Below are positions 26,060 to 38,796 of a stretch of 64,000 nt of DNA, piece by piece; the first letter of the stretch is position 1; every line of letters begins with the position of its first letter. The notes beneath the pieces were generated by a model. It was not told where the DNA came from, made no database searches, and saw only the letters and a program-made list of their open reading frames with translations. Origin of the DNA: Felis catus (Eukaryota); the NCBI RefSeq assembly GCF_018350175.1, contig NC_058368.1:81284001-81348000 (forward strand). The letters run 5' to 3'. Made by a program: the position numbers and the translations under genes.

Positions 26060-27230
26060 TTTCCACCTGGTATCGTGTCCTTTCACCGAGCGCCTCTTTT
26101 AGCGTTGTTTGTAGTGCGGGTGTCTTAGCTGTGAGTCCTGCCCGCTTTCACTGATGTGAAAATCTCCTTTGACAGCCTTCTTCTGAGGGATGTGTTTGCT
26201 TCCTATGAAACTGCTGTGGGTCGATAGTTTGGGGGAGGGGGTCCTTTCATGATTTTAAAGACATCCTTCCTTTACTTTATGGTCCCTATTGTACTTCACG
26301 GGGAATCAACATATACCCCTGTGTTTGTGTCTCTTCTCTCCAGCTAATTTCAAGATTTTCCCTTTATCTTTGTTTTTAGCTGTGTAACTACAATGTGCTT
26401 AGTATGATTGTTTTTGTATTTATGTTGCTTGGAGCTGGATGAGCTTCCTGGATCTGTAAACCATGTTTTTCATCAAATTAAGCAGATATTGGGTCATTAT
26501 TTCCTCAAGAACATGTTCATACCTCATATCACCAGCTCCTCCTTCTGACCTCCAATTACATGTGTGTTAGACTATTTGATAATGTCCATAGGTCCCCGAG
26601 ACGCCTCCGTTTATTTTTCTTCAGTTTTTTTCTCTCCATTCTTCAGATGGAACAATATATGTTAATGTCTTCAGATTAATTACTCTTCTTTCTGACATCT
26701 CCTGCCTGTTGTCAAGCCTACCTCATGGATTTTCATTGTAGTTACTCTACTTTTAAGATCCACAACATTCATTTGTCTCCTGCTTATAACTCCCAATTCT
26801 TTGCTGAGTTTCCCAATCTGTTTGCTTATTAAGACTAGGTTTTACTTCAAGTCTTTGAACATATACAAGTTCCTTTAAAATCTTTCCTAAGATTGGGGCG
26901 CCTGGGTGGCTCAGTTGGTTAAGCATCCGACTTCAACTCAGGTCATGATCTCACGGTTCGTGAGTTCCAGCCCTGCGTTGGGCTCTGTGCTGACAGCTCA
27001 GAGCCTGGAGCCTACTTTGGATTCTGTGTCTCCTCTCCCTCTCCCCCTCCCCTGCTCACGCTCTGTCTCTGTCCCTCTCTCAAAAATAAGTAAGCATTAA
27101 AAAAAAACTATAATCTTTGCTAAGTGCACACTCTGGGCCATCTCAGGGTTAGTTTCTATTGACCAGTTTTTGTCTTGACTAAAGATCTCATCTTCCTGTT
27201 TCCCAACATGCCTACTGACTTTTTCAAACT
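26060..27230 (-). mobile_element. Degraded ancient L1 fragment, interrupted by a SINE
   Basis: T-rich L1M-like text (TTCAAGATTTTCCCTTTATCTTTG...GAGCTTCCTGGATCTGT). Confidence 0.55.
26895..27110 (+). mobile_element. CanSINE (SINEC_Fc-like)
   Basis: GGGGCGCCTGGGTGGCTCAGTTGGTTAAGC head; degenerate TSD aatctttcctaag/aatctttgctaag. Confidence 0.93.
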
Positions 27231-28499
27231 GTTTTTGTTTGTTTTTCTCCAGCCACATTCAGCTGTTCATTTGGAAGTGTTGGGTGTCAGGAGTTCACTT
27301 AACCAAGGCTGTGGTTTGGCCATAGTAGAGTTAGTGAAATAGGATGGATTGAGACTGTTTTTAAGGCTGTGAGCACAAGGACCGACTGGACTATGAACTG
27401 GGTCAGAGAAGTTAACCCCAAGAGCTGCACAATTGTTGGAGTTAAAGACTAGAGGTTTGCACACAGGCATCTTGCAGCTACTGTCCGTCCACATGACAAG
27501 AACACTGGTGGCAGGTGCTTATGGGGAAAGAGTCACAGATACAGACCATGTGTCTGTGTGTGGATTGTAGATAATGTGTCCTGGAGACTGAATTCTGCTC
27601 CCCTCATCTTTTTAGTATTGACTGTTATGACAGCAGGCAAATCAGTGACTGAATGATCACCATAAACTTGGTTTCCTGCTTTATTGGTGCAGATCCGTGG
27701 GCGTCTAGTGTTTCCAAAGGCCCTCTCACTTGGCCAGACTTAACTGTCAACATATATTTATCTCCCTTGTGGATCTTTCCAGGCCTTGGCACTAGGTTTT
27801 GCTGGGGCTGGACTAGAGGAAAGCTTACACAGGAACGCGTTCCTCACTCCTGAAGGGGTCTTTCTGGTGTCTCGTCTGGATGCCACGGGTGGCAGAGGGG
27901 GGTGTGTGAGCTCTCTCTCGCAGCAGGGCTGGAGCACAGACAGTGTCGGCACCGTTCATGCTCCGGTTTTCTGTTTTCCTCTCGATCCCTTACCAGCTCC
28001 TGTCTGGTAAGCCCTGGCGAGTCTGGCCTTGTGCAAGGACAACCTGGCCTTGGGCCACACACAAGGGCATCCGGGCCCTCTCCTGGCATGATTCTCCCCA
28101 CTCTGATGTTTCACCCCACAGATTCCAGCTGATTCAGGTTCCCAGAGCTCCGACTGCTGCTTTCTCAACTCGGGGGGTGGGGGGCACCGTGATCCCTTTG
28201 AGCTCTAGCCGTCTGCACCACATCCAGTAAATTGTCCCCAGGCAGAGAGCAAGGGCATGAGCTCACCTCACGAGTGTCCTTCTGTTAAAGATCATGCTCT
28301 TGGGATGCCTGGTACCTGCTGCTGGGAAACTGCTGTCTCTCACATATTTTGCAATATTTTGCAGTTACCTGTGGCTGCAGGGCAATCTAGTAACAGTTCC
28401 TCCATCATAGGCAGCGGCCCATTATCATTTATCTTTACCTATCCAGTAAATATTTATTGAGTATCCACAATGTGCTAGACATCAGAAATGCAGGGTTGA

Positions 28500-28703
28500 G
28501 GGGCGCCTGGGTGGTTCAGTCAGTTAAGCATCCCGCTCTTGATTTCAGCTCAGGTCGCAATCCCAAGTTTTTGAGATTGAGCCCTGCGTCAGAGTCTGGG
28601 CTGAGAGCACGGACCCTGCTTGAGATTCTCTCTGCCCCTCCCCTGTGCTCCGGCATGCACGCTCACATATTCTCTCCCTCTCAAAAAAAAAAAAAAAAAA
28701 AAA
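28500..28703 (+). mobile_element. CanSINE inserted in an L2 relic
   Basis: Canonical head, poly-A; TSD gaaatgcagggttga/gaaatacagggttga. Confidence 0.9.
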
Positions 28704-31036
28704 GGAAATACAGGGTTGAACAAATGATGCAATCTTTGCCCTCACAAAGTTTACGGTCTAGGGGGGGAAATGGATATTAAACAAATAGCCACAGAAATAA
28801 GTCTGTAGTTAAAACTGCGATAGATGTTCGGTGTTTGAACTGTGACAGAGTACCCTTATTTACACTGTGTGGAAACCTCTTCAAGTTAGTCGGGTGATGA
28901 GCAGGTGGGACAAGAGTTTGGGGACAAAGTGTCCAAGATGCAAGAGCTTATGAGAACCAAGACAAGGTTATGAGAGGAGACCCAAGGGCTTGACACTGGT
29001 ACCTGGGGACCCAGTCCAAGATGGCCCCGGCATAGCCAGTGGGGCCTTGGCCAACAGTATGAGATTGTATCTTCAGAGGAGGGGCACCGCTGAAATGTTC
29101 TGAGCAGGGTCAGGTTCAGCAGCGTGCTCCGCACATGGGCAACAAAACCCGATCTGGTGCTCACACATCCGTTGCGCCTGCGTCTTCCAAGACGGCGAGG
29201 ACGATACGCCTCTCAGAGGGCACTAACTCAGAGGGCTAGATGCAGATGTTGGCCACGAGAGAGGCAATGTGATGTAGGTCAGCATCTATCGAGACCATGA
29301 AGTTTCGGCAGTTAATCTTTGCCTTTCAAATGTTCAGGTGATGAGATCGGCCTCAAAAGTCCTTCCCATTTAATGCGTTGGCTCTTTGGGCTCCCGGCGC
29401 GTGTGGTTTGCCATAGTATGGACCAGCTGGGTGACGGAGCTGAGTTTTGTCCATCAGGCGGGCACTCTAGAGGGCAAATGCTCAAAGACGCTAGGGTTGA
29501 AGAAGAGTGGAAGGAGAGGAGGACGACCCACAGGAAAATCACTCTCATACAATCACCAGAAATAACTTCTACCGTTTTCCTTGGATCCCTGACAAAAAGA
29601 GCCAGTTAGTAAAATACCTATTGCCGTCAAGGTTATCCTTATATGCCACTCTTCAATTTAAGCTTAAACATTTTTCTATCATCAAAGAGAAAGCCTCAAA
29701 CACAGCGTCTCCAAACTCACTTACCAAGTCAGCCCTTCACACGGTCGGCAAAGTGCTTATTATTTCTCTCCACTCAAGTTAGGCAATTTTTGCCCAAGAG
29801 GGACAAGCGTTGGTCAGTCTGATCCATTTTGGCGTCACTCGTCTGGTGACTTAAATATTTTCTTTGTGGCAAAGAGAAATTAAGATTCATATGCATATGC
29901 TACTTTTTCAAACTATTGCAAAAGGAGCTTGGTTCCCAAAAATTCTAAAGAGATTCTGATACAGTTACAGCCTGCGTCTTTTCTGTGTAAGATACTAGCC
30001 AAAAAGATGTGTGTCTGTGTATGTGCACGCGTGTGTGTGTCTGTAGGCAGCTATACGCCCATAATCGTGTGCGTATATAACCTAGCATCTCAGTGCCACC
30101 TCACATATATTTTACTCGGCTAAATTACTGAAAATAAAATGTATAGTGTGATATATTGCAAACATATATTGTGTACAGTTTGTATATAAAAAAGAAAGAA
30201 TGATTAAAAGTCGATGACAGACTGTTTATAAATCTTGATTGCTTCATAATTTTAACTTTGAGCAACATTTTTATCATAATTATAGGCTTTCTTAAAGCAT
30301 TTATGCAGATTGTTGTTACTCAAAAGGGGGTTTATTCCATTTTGGTGTAAACTACACTTTTTTTTTCTTTATGAAATCACTCTTTGAGTTCCTAATACTC
30401 ACTACTCTGCCAGAGCTGCAAAATTCAAACAGCAGGAAGTGTTTATGTCAAGAGGGCGGTCGCTGTGCCCCTGCCCATCTGCCCCCCGCATGGCCCCACT
30501 GGCTGGGGCGAGGGCGGAAATTCCCTGTGATGATCGGCATTGATCTTCAGATGCTTCTGGATTTCTCTTCCGACACTGATGCTCCTTTGAGGCCAGCACA
30601 CTTTTGTACCCACTTCCCAGACCAAGAAGTTGAACCCTAGAGGTTTAAATCATGAAGGATGTTCCATTATTCAAGTCTGGGCTCACAAAGCATTAGCTCT
30701 AGCAAGGAGATACAGACACAGTGAAATCCTGCTGCCTTACTGTGAAGCCTGGGAAATTGAGGTCCCAGACTGGTGAAGCAACCATGCCCCTCATAGTCAG
30801 ATGTTCGCCTGTGCTGAGCTCACGCGCCACGATGGAACCTTATTCTAGGCTGATTCGTTCAGGAGCTTCGGTAGCATGTACATTTGAAACCAGAGAAAAG
30901 TCCTATCACCTTTTTTTCCCAAGGAAGCTTCACCTTCACCACGTGGTCACAGACCTAAAAGTGAGGGAGGAAAAGAAACCCGTCACCAGAAACAAAACTA
31001 AAACAAAAGCAAACGAAGCTTTAAGCAGTACACACC

Positions 31037-31243
31037 GGGGGCACCTGGGTGGCTCAGTCGGTTGAGCATCTGACTTTGGCTCAAGTCATGATCTCACAGT
31101 TCGTGGGTTCGAGCCCTGCGTTGGGCTCTGTGCTGACAGCTCGGAGCCTCGCGCCTGCTTCATTTTCTGTGTCTCCTTCTCTCTGTGCCCTCCCCTGCTC
31201 ATGCTCTGTCTCTCTCGAAAATAAATAAACACTAAAAAAAAAA
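31037..31243 (+). mobile_element. CanSINE (SINEC_Fc-like)
   Basis: Canonical head and tail; TSD aagcagtacacac on both sides. Confidence 0.94.
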
Positions 31244-33598
31244 TGGAAGCAGTACACACTGGACGGAAGAGAGCAGCATTAAAGGCCGACTGAGGGGGCC
31301 GGTCCAGAAGAAACACCCCAAGTCTCCCCCAACCCCACCTGTGGACCTGCTCTCCAGCAGAGGACTGTGTGCCCGGCGAGGACAAGACCCAGTTCAGCAT
31401 CGGGTCCCCGGGGCCCACGCGGGGACTGGCACGCAGTTGGAGATCAGTAAATCTTTGTGAAATGGATGAATGAAGTTCTGAAAAAAGAAAAAAAAAACTC
31501 CCACACCAAAGAAGGAATAGGATCCAAAGGCTGTAATTTATGGAATAGGGGTCGCACCCCGAGTATTTCAACTGAGCTTTTGGTCAAGTCCATAAATCAG
31601 CCTTTTATCAGTGGAGGTAACACAAAACTTAAGATTTGGTAACTGTTTCCCAAAAGAGCCAATTTGATTACAAGACAGCAGGTGACAGAGTGCCAAACAG
31701 CTATTACAGACTGCAGGTCTGAAAAACATTCTGAGAAAGGAGAATTCATCCTAGGTTTTCAGATGAAAACACTGAAGTGTCAAGGTAGATAGAGTCCCGG
31801 GTTCCTGCAAACAGATGCCTCTGGCCAGGGCAGCCCCTGATCAGGCTGGCGGCTTTCTCCCTGGACAATGAGGCATGGCTTGGCCTGACATCGCTCCATC
31901 CACCCACGGCTCCCCTTTGCCGGGGAAACCCACATGAGCATGTCCGCAGGAAGACCACACGAGAGGGCTTGGAATGAATGAATGACACGGTGATTTTTTG
32001 AGCGCCAGGTCTCGGGTGCTTTTACAGTGACCACATCACTCAGTTGTTCGATAATCCTACAAGCCAGGAGTGAATCTCTCTACTCTACAGGCGAGGGCAC
32101 AGATTGGGAGAAGGGGAGTCCCTTGCTCAAGGTTGCACGGCACAGGACAGCAGAACAAAGCCAGGCTGCAGTGCAGGTGGCCTTGCGCTAACTAATGCCA
32201 GGACCACCTCACTTGTGAACAAACACCTCCACGCTGACAGTGCGCACACCGCTCTCCCGGGCGCCTGCCGCCCTCAGTGCCATCCACAGGCTGGAAAGCC
32301 TTGTCTAGACTACGGTGCGCATCAACTGTGAAGCAGACGAGGCCGTAAATATTAGCAACTTTACTAAGTGATTTTAGCTTTTCGAAGATCATCTGTTTCC
32401 GTTAGAATTAATCAATGGCTGAGAAGATCCTTTATTCAAACATGTATTCATATAGAGAGGTATCTACAGAGAGGAAGCTCCGTATTCATTTATGCGTGTG
32501 AGTACATCACACTCCTCCTCCTTTAAGGACAACTAGTCATTCAAGTTCTTCTCCACGGACCACATTTAACCCTTTGGTGAGGTCCTCCAGTGATTACAGG
32601 TGCGCGTCTACATGAAGCCTGGAATAAAATGAACTACTGGCCCTTTCCAGCTCTGATTCAGAGACCATTTGGAGATCCCAGTTCTCTTCCTGTTCGAGAA
32701 CTTGTGGACTCAGTACTAAGGGCACCCGCTTTGCTGCGAGGGTTGGCTGCCGGGAAAGAATGGGACGGGAGAGGCTTATGTCCAGGTAAATGTGAATATG
32801 GAAACTTGGGAAATCAGCAAAATTCATTATTTTACTGCTCACGACTTGGTTTGGTTTAAATCCTTGGATAAATGGCATGGAAACATATCACCAGGAGAAA
32901 GACATTATCATCTTTAACAAAGAGTGAGTAGATAGAACTTAAATAATTGGGGGGGTGGATTCGAATAATGTGGAGAGCCCACTAAATATGACTATGACTG
33001 TAGACGCGGCCCCACCTCCTGGAAGCTTCCTTCGAAAGAAGCCTGCCCTCTCCAGCCTCTGCTCGCCTCCCCTCCCCCCTCCAAGCCCCTCCTCAGGGCT
33101 CTTCCAGTGGCCTTTCTCCCGTGGGCACGGCTGCAGCACACCTAACACTGGGACCGTGTAGCCCCTCAACCACACATGGCTGTTATGTTCAGCACGTGTG
33201 ACTTGCCCTCCCCTCCCCTTTACGCCTTTTACACCTTAGTAAGTCTGTTCAGTGACGACCTGCCTCTTGCCCGGTCCTACCTTCTAACTCTAAGTCAGAC
33301 ATCACACGTGCTGAGGCAGCTCTGCCTGCCCGAGGTGACACCGGTCCTGTTTGACATCCCCCAGCACCCCCGTTCACTTCAGAAGGCCAGCGAGGATTCT
33401 GTGGGACAATTGGAGGATGCCCGATCGTGGTCCACCATATATACATGGGAACACGGATACATCCAGAGTACACGTCAGCATAGTCCACGGCGTTGCCCAC
33501 GGAGGCTGTAGTAAGCGCTTTTACGTTATAATACTTCCTTAAAATTGGAAAACCATTTATTATAATTACAAGACGACGTGATTTCTTGGAGGATTTTT

Positions 33599-33793
33599 TT
33601 TAAGTTTATTCATTTATATAGAGAGAGAGAGAACACGCACGCACAAGCTGGGGAGGGACAGAGAGAGGAGGAGGGACAGAATCCCAAGCAGGCTCAGTGC
33701 TGATGCAAAGCTCACCCACCAACCGTGAGGTCATGACCTGAGCCAAGATCAAGAATCAGACACTTAACCAACTGAGCCCCCCAGGCGCGCCCC
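33599..33793 (-). mobile_element. CanSINE
   Basis: TSD tcttggaggattttt at 33584 and 33794. Confidence 0.92.
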
Positions 33794-33834
33794 TCTTGGA
33801 GGATTTTTAAGTAATTTCTTAGAAATACTAGTTT

Positions 33835-34000
33835 CAGTCAGGGAGTCTCAACTCTGAATTATAATCAGAGTCACTTTGGGCCTTTTTTGAAAATGCTGCT
33901 AAGTCTTTCAGGAGATTGAGTCAGTTGATCTGGGATAGGACACTGGAATGTTCTAGAAGGCAGCAGGTGATTTGAATGTGAAGTAGAGCTGCGTTCCCAG
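33835..34000. mobile_element. MER5A-like DNA transposon relic
   Basis: TCTCAACT...ATCAGAGTCAC...TTGAAAAT...TCAGTTGATCTGGG...CAGGTGATT pattern. Confidence 0.55.
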
Positions 34001-34879
34001 TAGTCTGGATACTTTCACGTGTGAAAATAGCGGGCTGTGGTCAGAAGGTGAAATCTTCACATCTTTATTTTTATGCATTTAGAATTAATTAGTCCTAAGG
34101 CCTGTGAAAACTCTCACAAAGTTAGCACATCTGGTTTTCCATTACAATATAATCAGACTAAGTGCACACCAGAGAAGCTTCGGTTCTCTTCAAACTTCCA
34201 GTGGAATATTTGTTCTTACATTTAAAAGAGTTGGGGGAGCATTAAATTATGTTTTGATTCCATTCCATCAAGGAGACGATGCGACACAAGGAGGGGCCTT
34301 GTTTCCAGCGTGTTTAGCGTGTGCGTTTGTGGAAAATGAGAATGAGTCTCAGGCTGACGGTATGGTAAAACAGATTAAAACTAGCGTTTTGACCTCTGTT
34401 TATTATAGATAGTAGCCTAAAGACTCTTGGTCATTTTTAAAGGCCTGCCATGAGGGAATTTGCAAAACAGAGTGGAGCAGCTTTCTTTCTCCAAGGGAAA
34501 GCCCTGAGAATTTTTTTTTAATGTTCATACTGATACATGTGCCTTTTATCACATCTTGTGGTATAATCAGAATCTTCCGTTTTGACCTTCCAGCCTCAAG
34601 AATAAGTTCTAGCTGAAGACTTGGGAGGATGGTTCTGGCAAAGGGAAGGAGAAGTGTGGGGGGAGCAGCAAACCAGAGGCCGTCCCTTTTCTAAAAATCT
34701 AACAAGAAGTCTGTTGTCCCACGGGCCTTACTTGATAAATTAGGACATAGTCTTGTAAACATGTGCATTCCGTGGGCAAGTTGGGCATTGCCGGCAGGTG
34801 ACAACTCGGGACATTTGGGGAAATGTGGGGAGACACACGTCTGTGCGTGAGTAAACGCAACCGCCCTTCCTGCGGAAAA

Positions 34880-35720
34880 ATCAGCCCATGCACGGATTTG
34901 CCAGGAGAACCGAACGTGCAGGACCCCGCGCCCCGCAACTACGCCCCAGTGTTAATGGTGCGCGGGGACCAGACATACAAAGGGTCCGCGGGAGCTGCAG
35001 GGAAGGAAAGGGAGGCGAGGTTCTCCAAGAGCTCGGGGCCCTGCAGGCCTTGGGGAGGAGAGCCCGCTGGGGAGAGGAGGGGGAGTCCCAGGCCCGCCCG
35101 GGGGCGCCTGAACAAAGAAGATGTTCTTTTGCGCCTCCGCCCTCCCCTCGCGGCAGCCAGGGCGCCGCGCACCCTCCGCCCCCGCCCTCGGCACCTGCAG
35201 GGAGAACGAGCGGATCCGACCCGCGTGCCCCAGCTCGGGCCAGTGGGCAGGGGGAGCGGCCGCTGCCCCCCGCGCTTTGGTTGTGGCTCTGGGCCTCGCT
35301 GCGGCCCCGCGTGGCCGCCGACACCTGGCCGCCCTGGGTTGTGCCCGCCAGCTCCGCCACGGTGGCTGGTCGGCCTCACTGACCGGGGCCGCGGGAAAGG
35401 CTGGCAGCGGGGCCCAGGTCGCCGGGCAGAGGCCGGGGCGCGGCGCGGGCCCGAGGGCAGCGCGGGGCTGCGCTCAAGGTCGCCGGGGCCCGCCGCAGGC
35501 GTGTGCAGGGCTGAGGCGGGCGGGCCGGGGGCGAAGAGTGGCGGGGAGGGCGGGGGCGGGCCCCTCGCCGCAGTCCTTCCCCCGCCGCGCAGCGCCTTCG
35601 GCCTGCGGGGCTTCCTTGCCGAGTCCCGAGGCCGCGACTTGCTTCCCGGAGAAGCGCGCCCCGAGGATGCGCGCCCGCGTACGCAGGGGCCCCTCGGAGC
35701 CCGACCGGGAGGGAGGTTAA
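34880..35720. promoter_or_regulatory. CpG island (upstream of SOX1)
   Basis: Very high GC content, dense CpG, GC boxes. Confidence 0.85.
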
Positions 35721-37890
35721 GGATCCACAGCCCCCACTGATGTGAGATGCGGGTTTGACATCTGTTTGCCACAGTGTTTTGCACTTAGCCCAACACCCAC
35801 TATTAAGTGACAGATCGTGGCAGCCTGTCAAAGCCGGCTGACTGGCGGCTGCGCCGCTTACAAAACCACTCAAATATTTGCAGTGTTGTACCCAATCTTT
35901 CAGTGATTTAACGTGTAAAATGTAAGTCAAAGTTTTAAATCTGGATTCCAAAATGTTTCCATTCTCCATACAGAAGGAAAGCGCTCTCAGGGTGTCTGCT
36001 GGAATGGGTCCAACCCCAGCGCCTTCGTGCCCCCCCCCCACCACGAGATTCCTGCGCAAAACCGGTTTAAAAAACATGTCAAGCACCACACTCTCTCTTC
36101 CTGTTGTCACCGACATTTCAGGTGACATAACTAAATTGCCTTAAACTCCAAGGGAACGCGGTCTCTCAAAAGCAGATTTCAAAAAATAATAATAATAACA
36201 ACTGCCAAGTCAAGCAACCTACCTGCTTTATTTTGCATGTAACAGTTACACCAGCGTGCCTTTCGGGGAAAGCGAACCGCTAGGAAGGGTCCCGGCTAGC
36301 GTCCGAGCTGTCCCCCCATTTCCAGAACACTACCTCCTCTCCCTGAACTTCTTGGGAGCCGAGTCCGGTTCAGAAATAATTTGCAACTGACATAGTGTTT
36401 CTCTAGATTAAAGTCCATTGAGTAAAAGTCATGTGGGTTTTTTGTCTCCACAATTGGAGCCAGACAAGGATCTCCTGAAAACTGCAGCTGCAAGCAGTGA
36501 AAAAAAAAATTATCACGCACTTGTCCAAGATGTATAGATAAGTGCACACACCCTCGCCTTGGAGCGCCAAGGGGCTGACAAGCACCGAAGACGTTCCCGT
36601 GAGCCCTACTGCTACTTCTTTATTCAAAAAAAAAAAAAAAATGGTAAATGGCTTTCCCTCTGGTGGGAGGGGTTCATGTGTCCTTGGGGTCATCATTTTC
36701 AGAAAGACAGCTCTTGATCCATTTCCAGAGAGTATCAGAGGGTGCTAGTTCTAAGTCCCGAGTGCTGACATCTTTACACAGTTGAGGAGAAAGAGAACAG
36801 AAGAGAGAGAAAAGGAAGGCGGTAGGGGGGAGACAGACACACACGCACACACACAGAGACAGAGATAACAGAAGAGAAGAACAGGGAAGAGAGGCCCAAG
36901 TGGGGGTGGGGGTAGGGGTGGGGGTGGGGCCGAGATGTGGCTCCAGCCCAGGCGCCTTCGCCGCGGGCGGCTTGGTCATCCAAAGGGGCGGCCAGGGACT
37001 CTGCCCCGCAGAGGGCTCCCCACCAGCGGTGGAGCCGAAATGCCAGGCCACCTAACCGTGGCCACTTTTTACCTGGAGAGTTTTGTGTCCACAACACTAA
37101 TCCTTAGTCACTGCCTTCCGTTCAGCAGCTGGGGGGGGGGGGGTTGCTTAAAAGCGAGGAGCAGAGGAGGAGGTGGGGGACAGAAAACAAGGCCAAGGTG
37201 TCCCCTGGGCGGGAGAACAAAGCTGAAACTCCATCGCGGAGAGGGGCGAGCCTAGAGCGGGGACGTGGCGGGATGGGAGCAGGGGGCGGCGCCGATGGCC
37301 CTGGGACACGGCCGAGGGGACTCGGGACCGCGGGTGGGGGCGGACATCCTCCCCCTCAGAGACAGGAGAGCAGCTGGAGGCGAAAATCGGAAGCGTGTGT
37401 GATATGGGAGTGACATCTATTTTATGGGGAGGGGGCAGAGGCTCGCGGGCAGCCTGGGCGGAGGTGCAGGGAGGAGCGCGCTCTGGCCCCTGCGGTTTTG
37501 CTGAGCGGGAATCTGAGCCCAGGCGGGGCCTGGTGGGGAGCGGCGCAGGGGGATGGGGCCCAGGGCGAGGGGCGCGCGGGCGGCCCGGGTGGGGGTGGGG
37601 GAGACGGGGGCGCGGCGCAGGGGCGCGGGGGGCGCCCGGCTCCACCTCCCGCTCAAAACGGCGTCGCAGCTGCTCGCGAACCAACTGCTCGATTCTATTC
37701 ACTGTCGAGTAGGAACAAAAAAGTGGCTATTTATTAGAATACTTGTTTGGTATTGTTCGGCGCCACACAAAAGGCGTTTCATTATGTGCAGGGATCCCCC
37801 TTTTTCCAGAGAAAAACAATAACTTGAAATTGTCTTTAAAGTCTTCCCTATCAATAATAAATTTCATTTTCTTGTCTCTCTCGCCCGCAG

Positions 37891-38164
37891 CGCGTGTGTC
37901 TGGGAGGGTGTGCGCGAGGCGGGCGAGCCGCGGGTGCGTGTGCAGCGAGTGTGCGAGCGGGGGAGCGTGTGTGCGCGTGTGAGTGTGCGTGCGCGTGGCG
38001 CCGCGTCTGCGGTGCGGGCGCCGCCGGGAGCCGGCCGGCGGGGGTCCCCGGGCGGAGGCGCCCGGCGCGCGGAGCGGGCGGGCCAGCGGGACCCGAGGCG
38101 CGGGGCCGGCAGGTGCGGCGGGCGGAGCGCCGGGGACCCGCCGGCGCCGGAGGAGGAACTCACT
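37891..38164 (+). ncRNA. Candidate lncRNA exon (SOX1 overlapping transcript-like)
   Basis: Pyrimidine tract plus CAG ending at 37890 (ttcattttcttgtctctctcgcccgcag) and donor ACT|GTAAGT at 38165; no credible protein. Confidence 0.4.
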
Positions 38165-38747
38165 GTAAGTGCCTGAACTTGCGCGGGGCCGCGGGCCGCG
38201 CGAAGCTGGGGAGGGGGCGTGAAAGGCGCGGGGAGGGGCGCCGTGTCTCCACAGTGACTTCCCCAAAAGGCGCGCACTGTGTCCCCGCGGCTGTCCCCGG
38301 TAAAGAACAGGTGCGTAGCCGTGGTGACCGCCTAGGGCTATTCTCGAGCCTGGCGGGGGGTGGGGGGGCATTTGTCATTTTCTAGTCTGTACGGTCACTC
38401 CTCCCTCCTTCCCGGCTTTTGGGATTGGCCGCTGCCCAGTGGACCGACACTTGTTCCTCTCCGGGTCGCCCTGTTTTGGCAGGGCGGAGGACGGTCGGGG
38501 CAGCGGTTTGCGGGAGGGCTGGTGGCGGCGGCGGCGGCGGCGGCCCCCTTCTCCCGGCTCCGCGCCCTTGCCCTTGGCGGCGCTGGCTCCGGCTCTTGGC
38601 TGTGAGCACCCGGCGGCGCCGAGAACGAAATCCGCCGGTGGAGATTACGTTTTAAAAATGAACACGTAGAACGTGTGCCATTTAGTGAGAGGTGTTTTGG
38701 GCAAAGAATCAATTTAACTTTGACTGACCGACGGTCTTGACTGTTAA

Positions 38748-38753
38748 TACACA

Positions 38754-38793
<40 letters not shown>
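38748..38793. repeat. (CA)n microsatellite inside the CpG island
   Basis: Direct reading. Confidence 0.95.
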
Positions 38794-38796
<3 letters not shown>

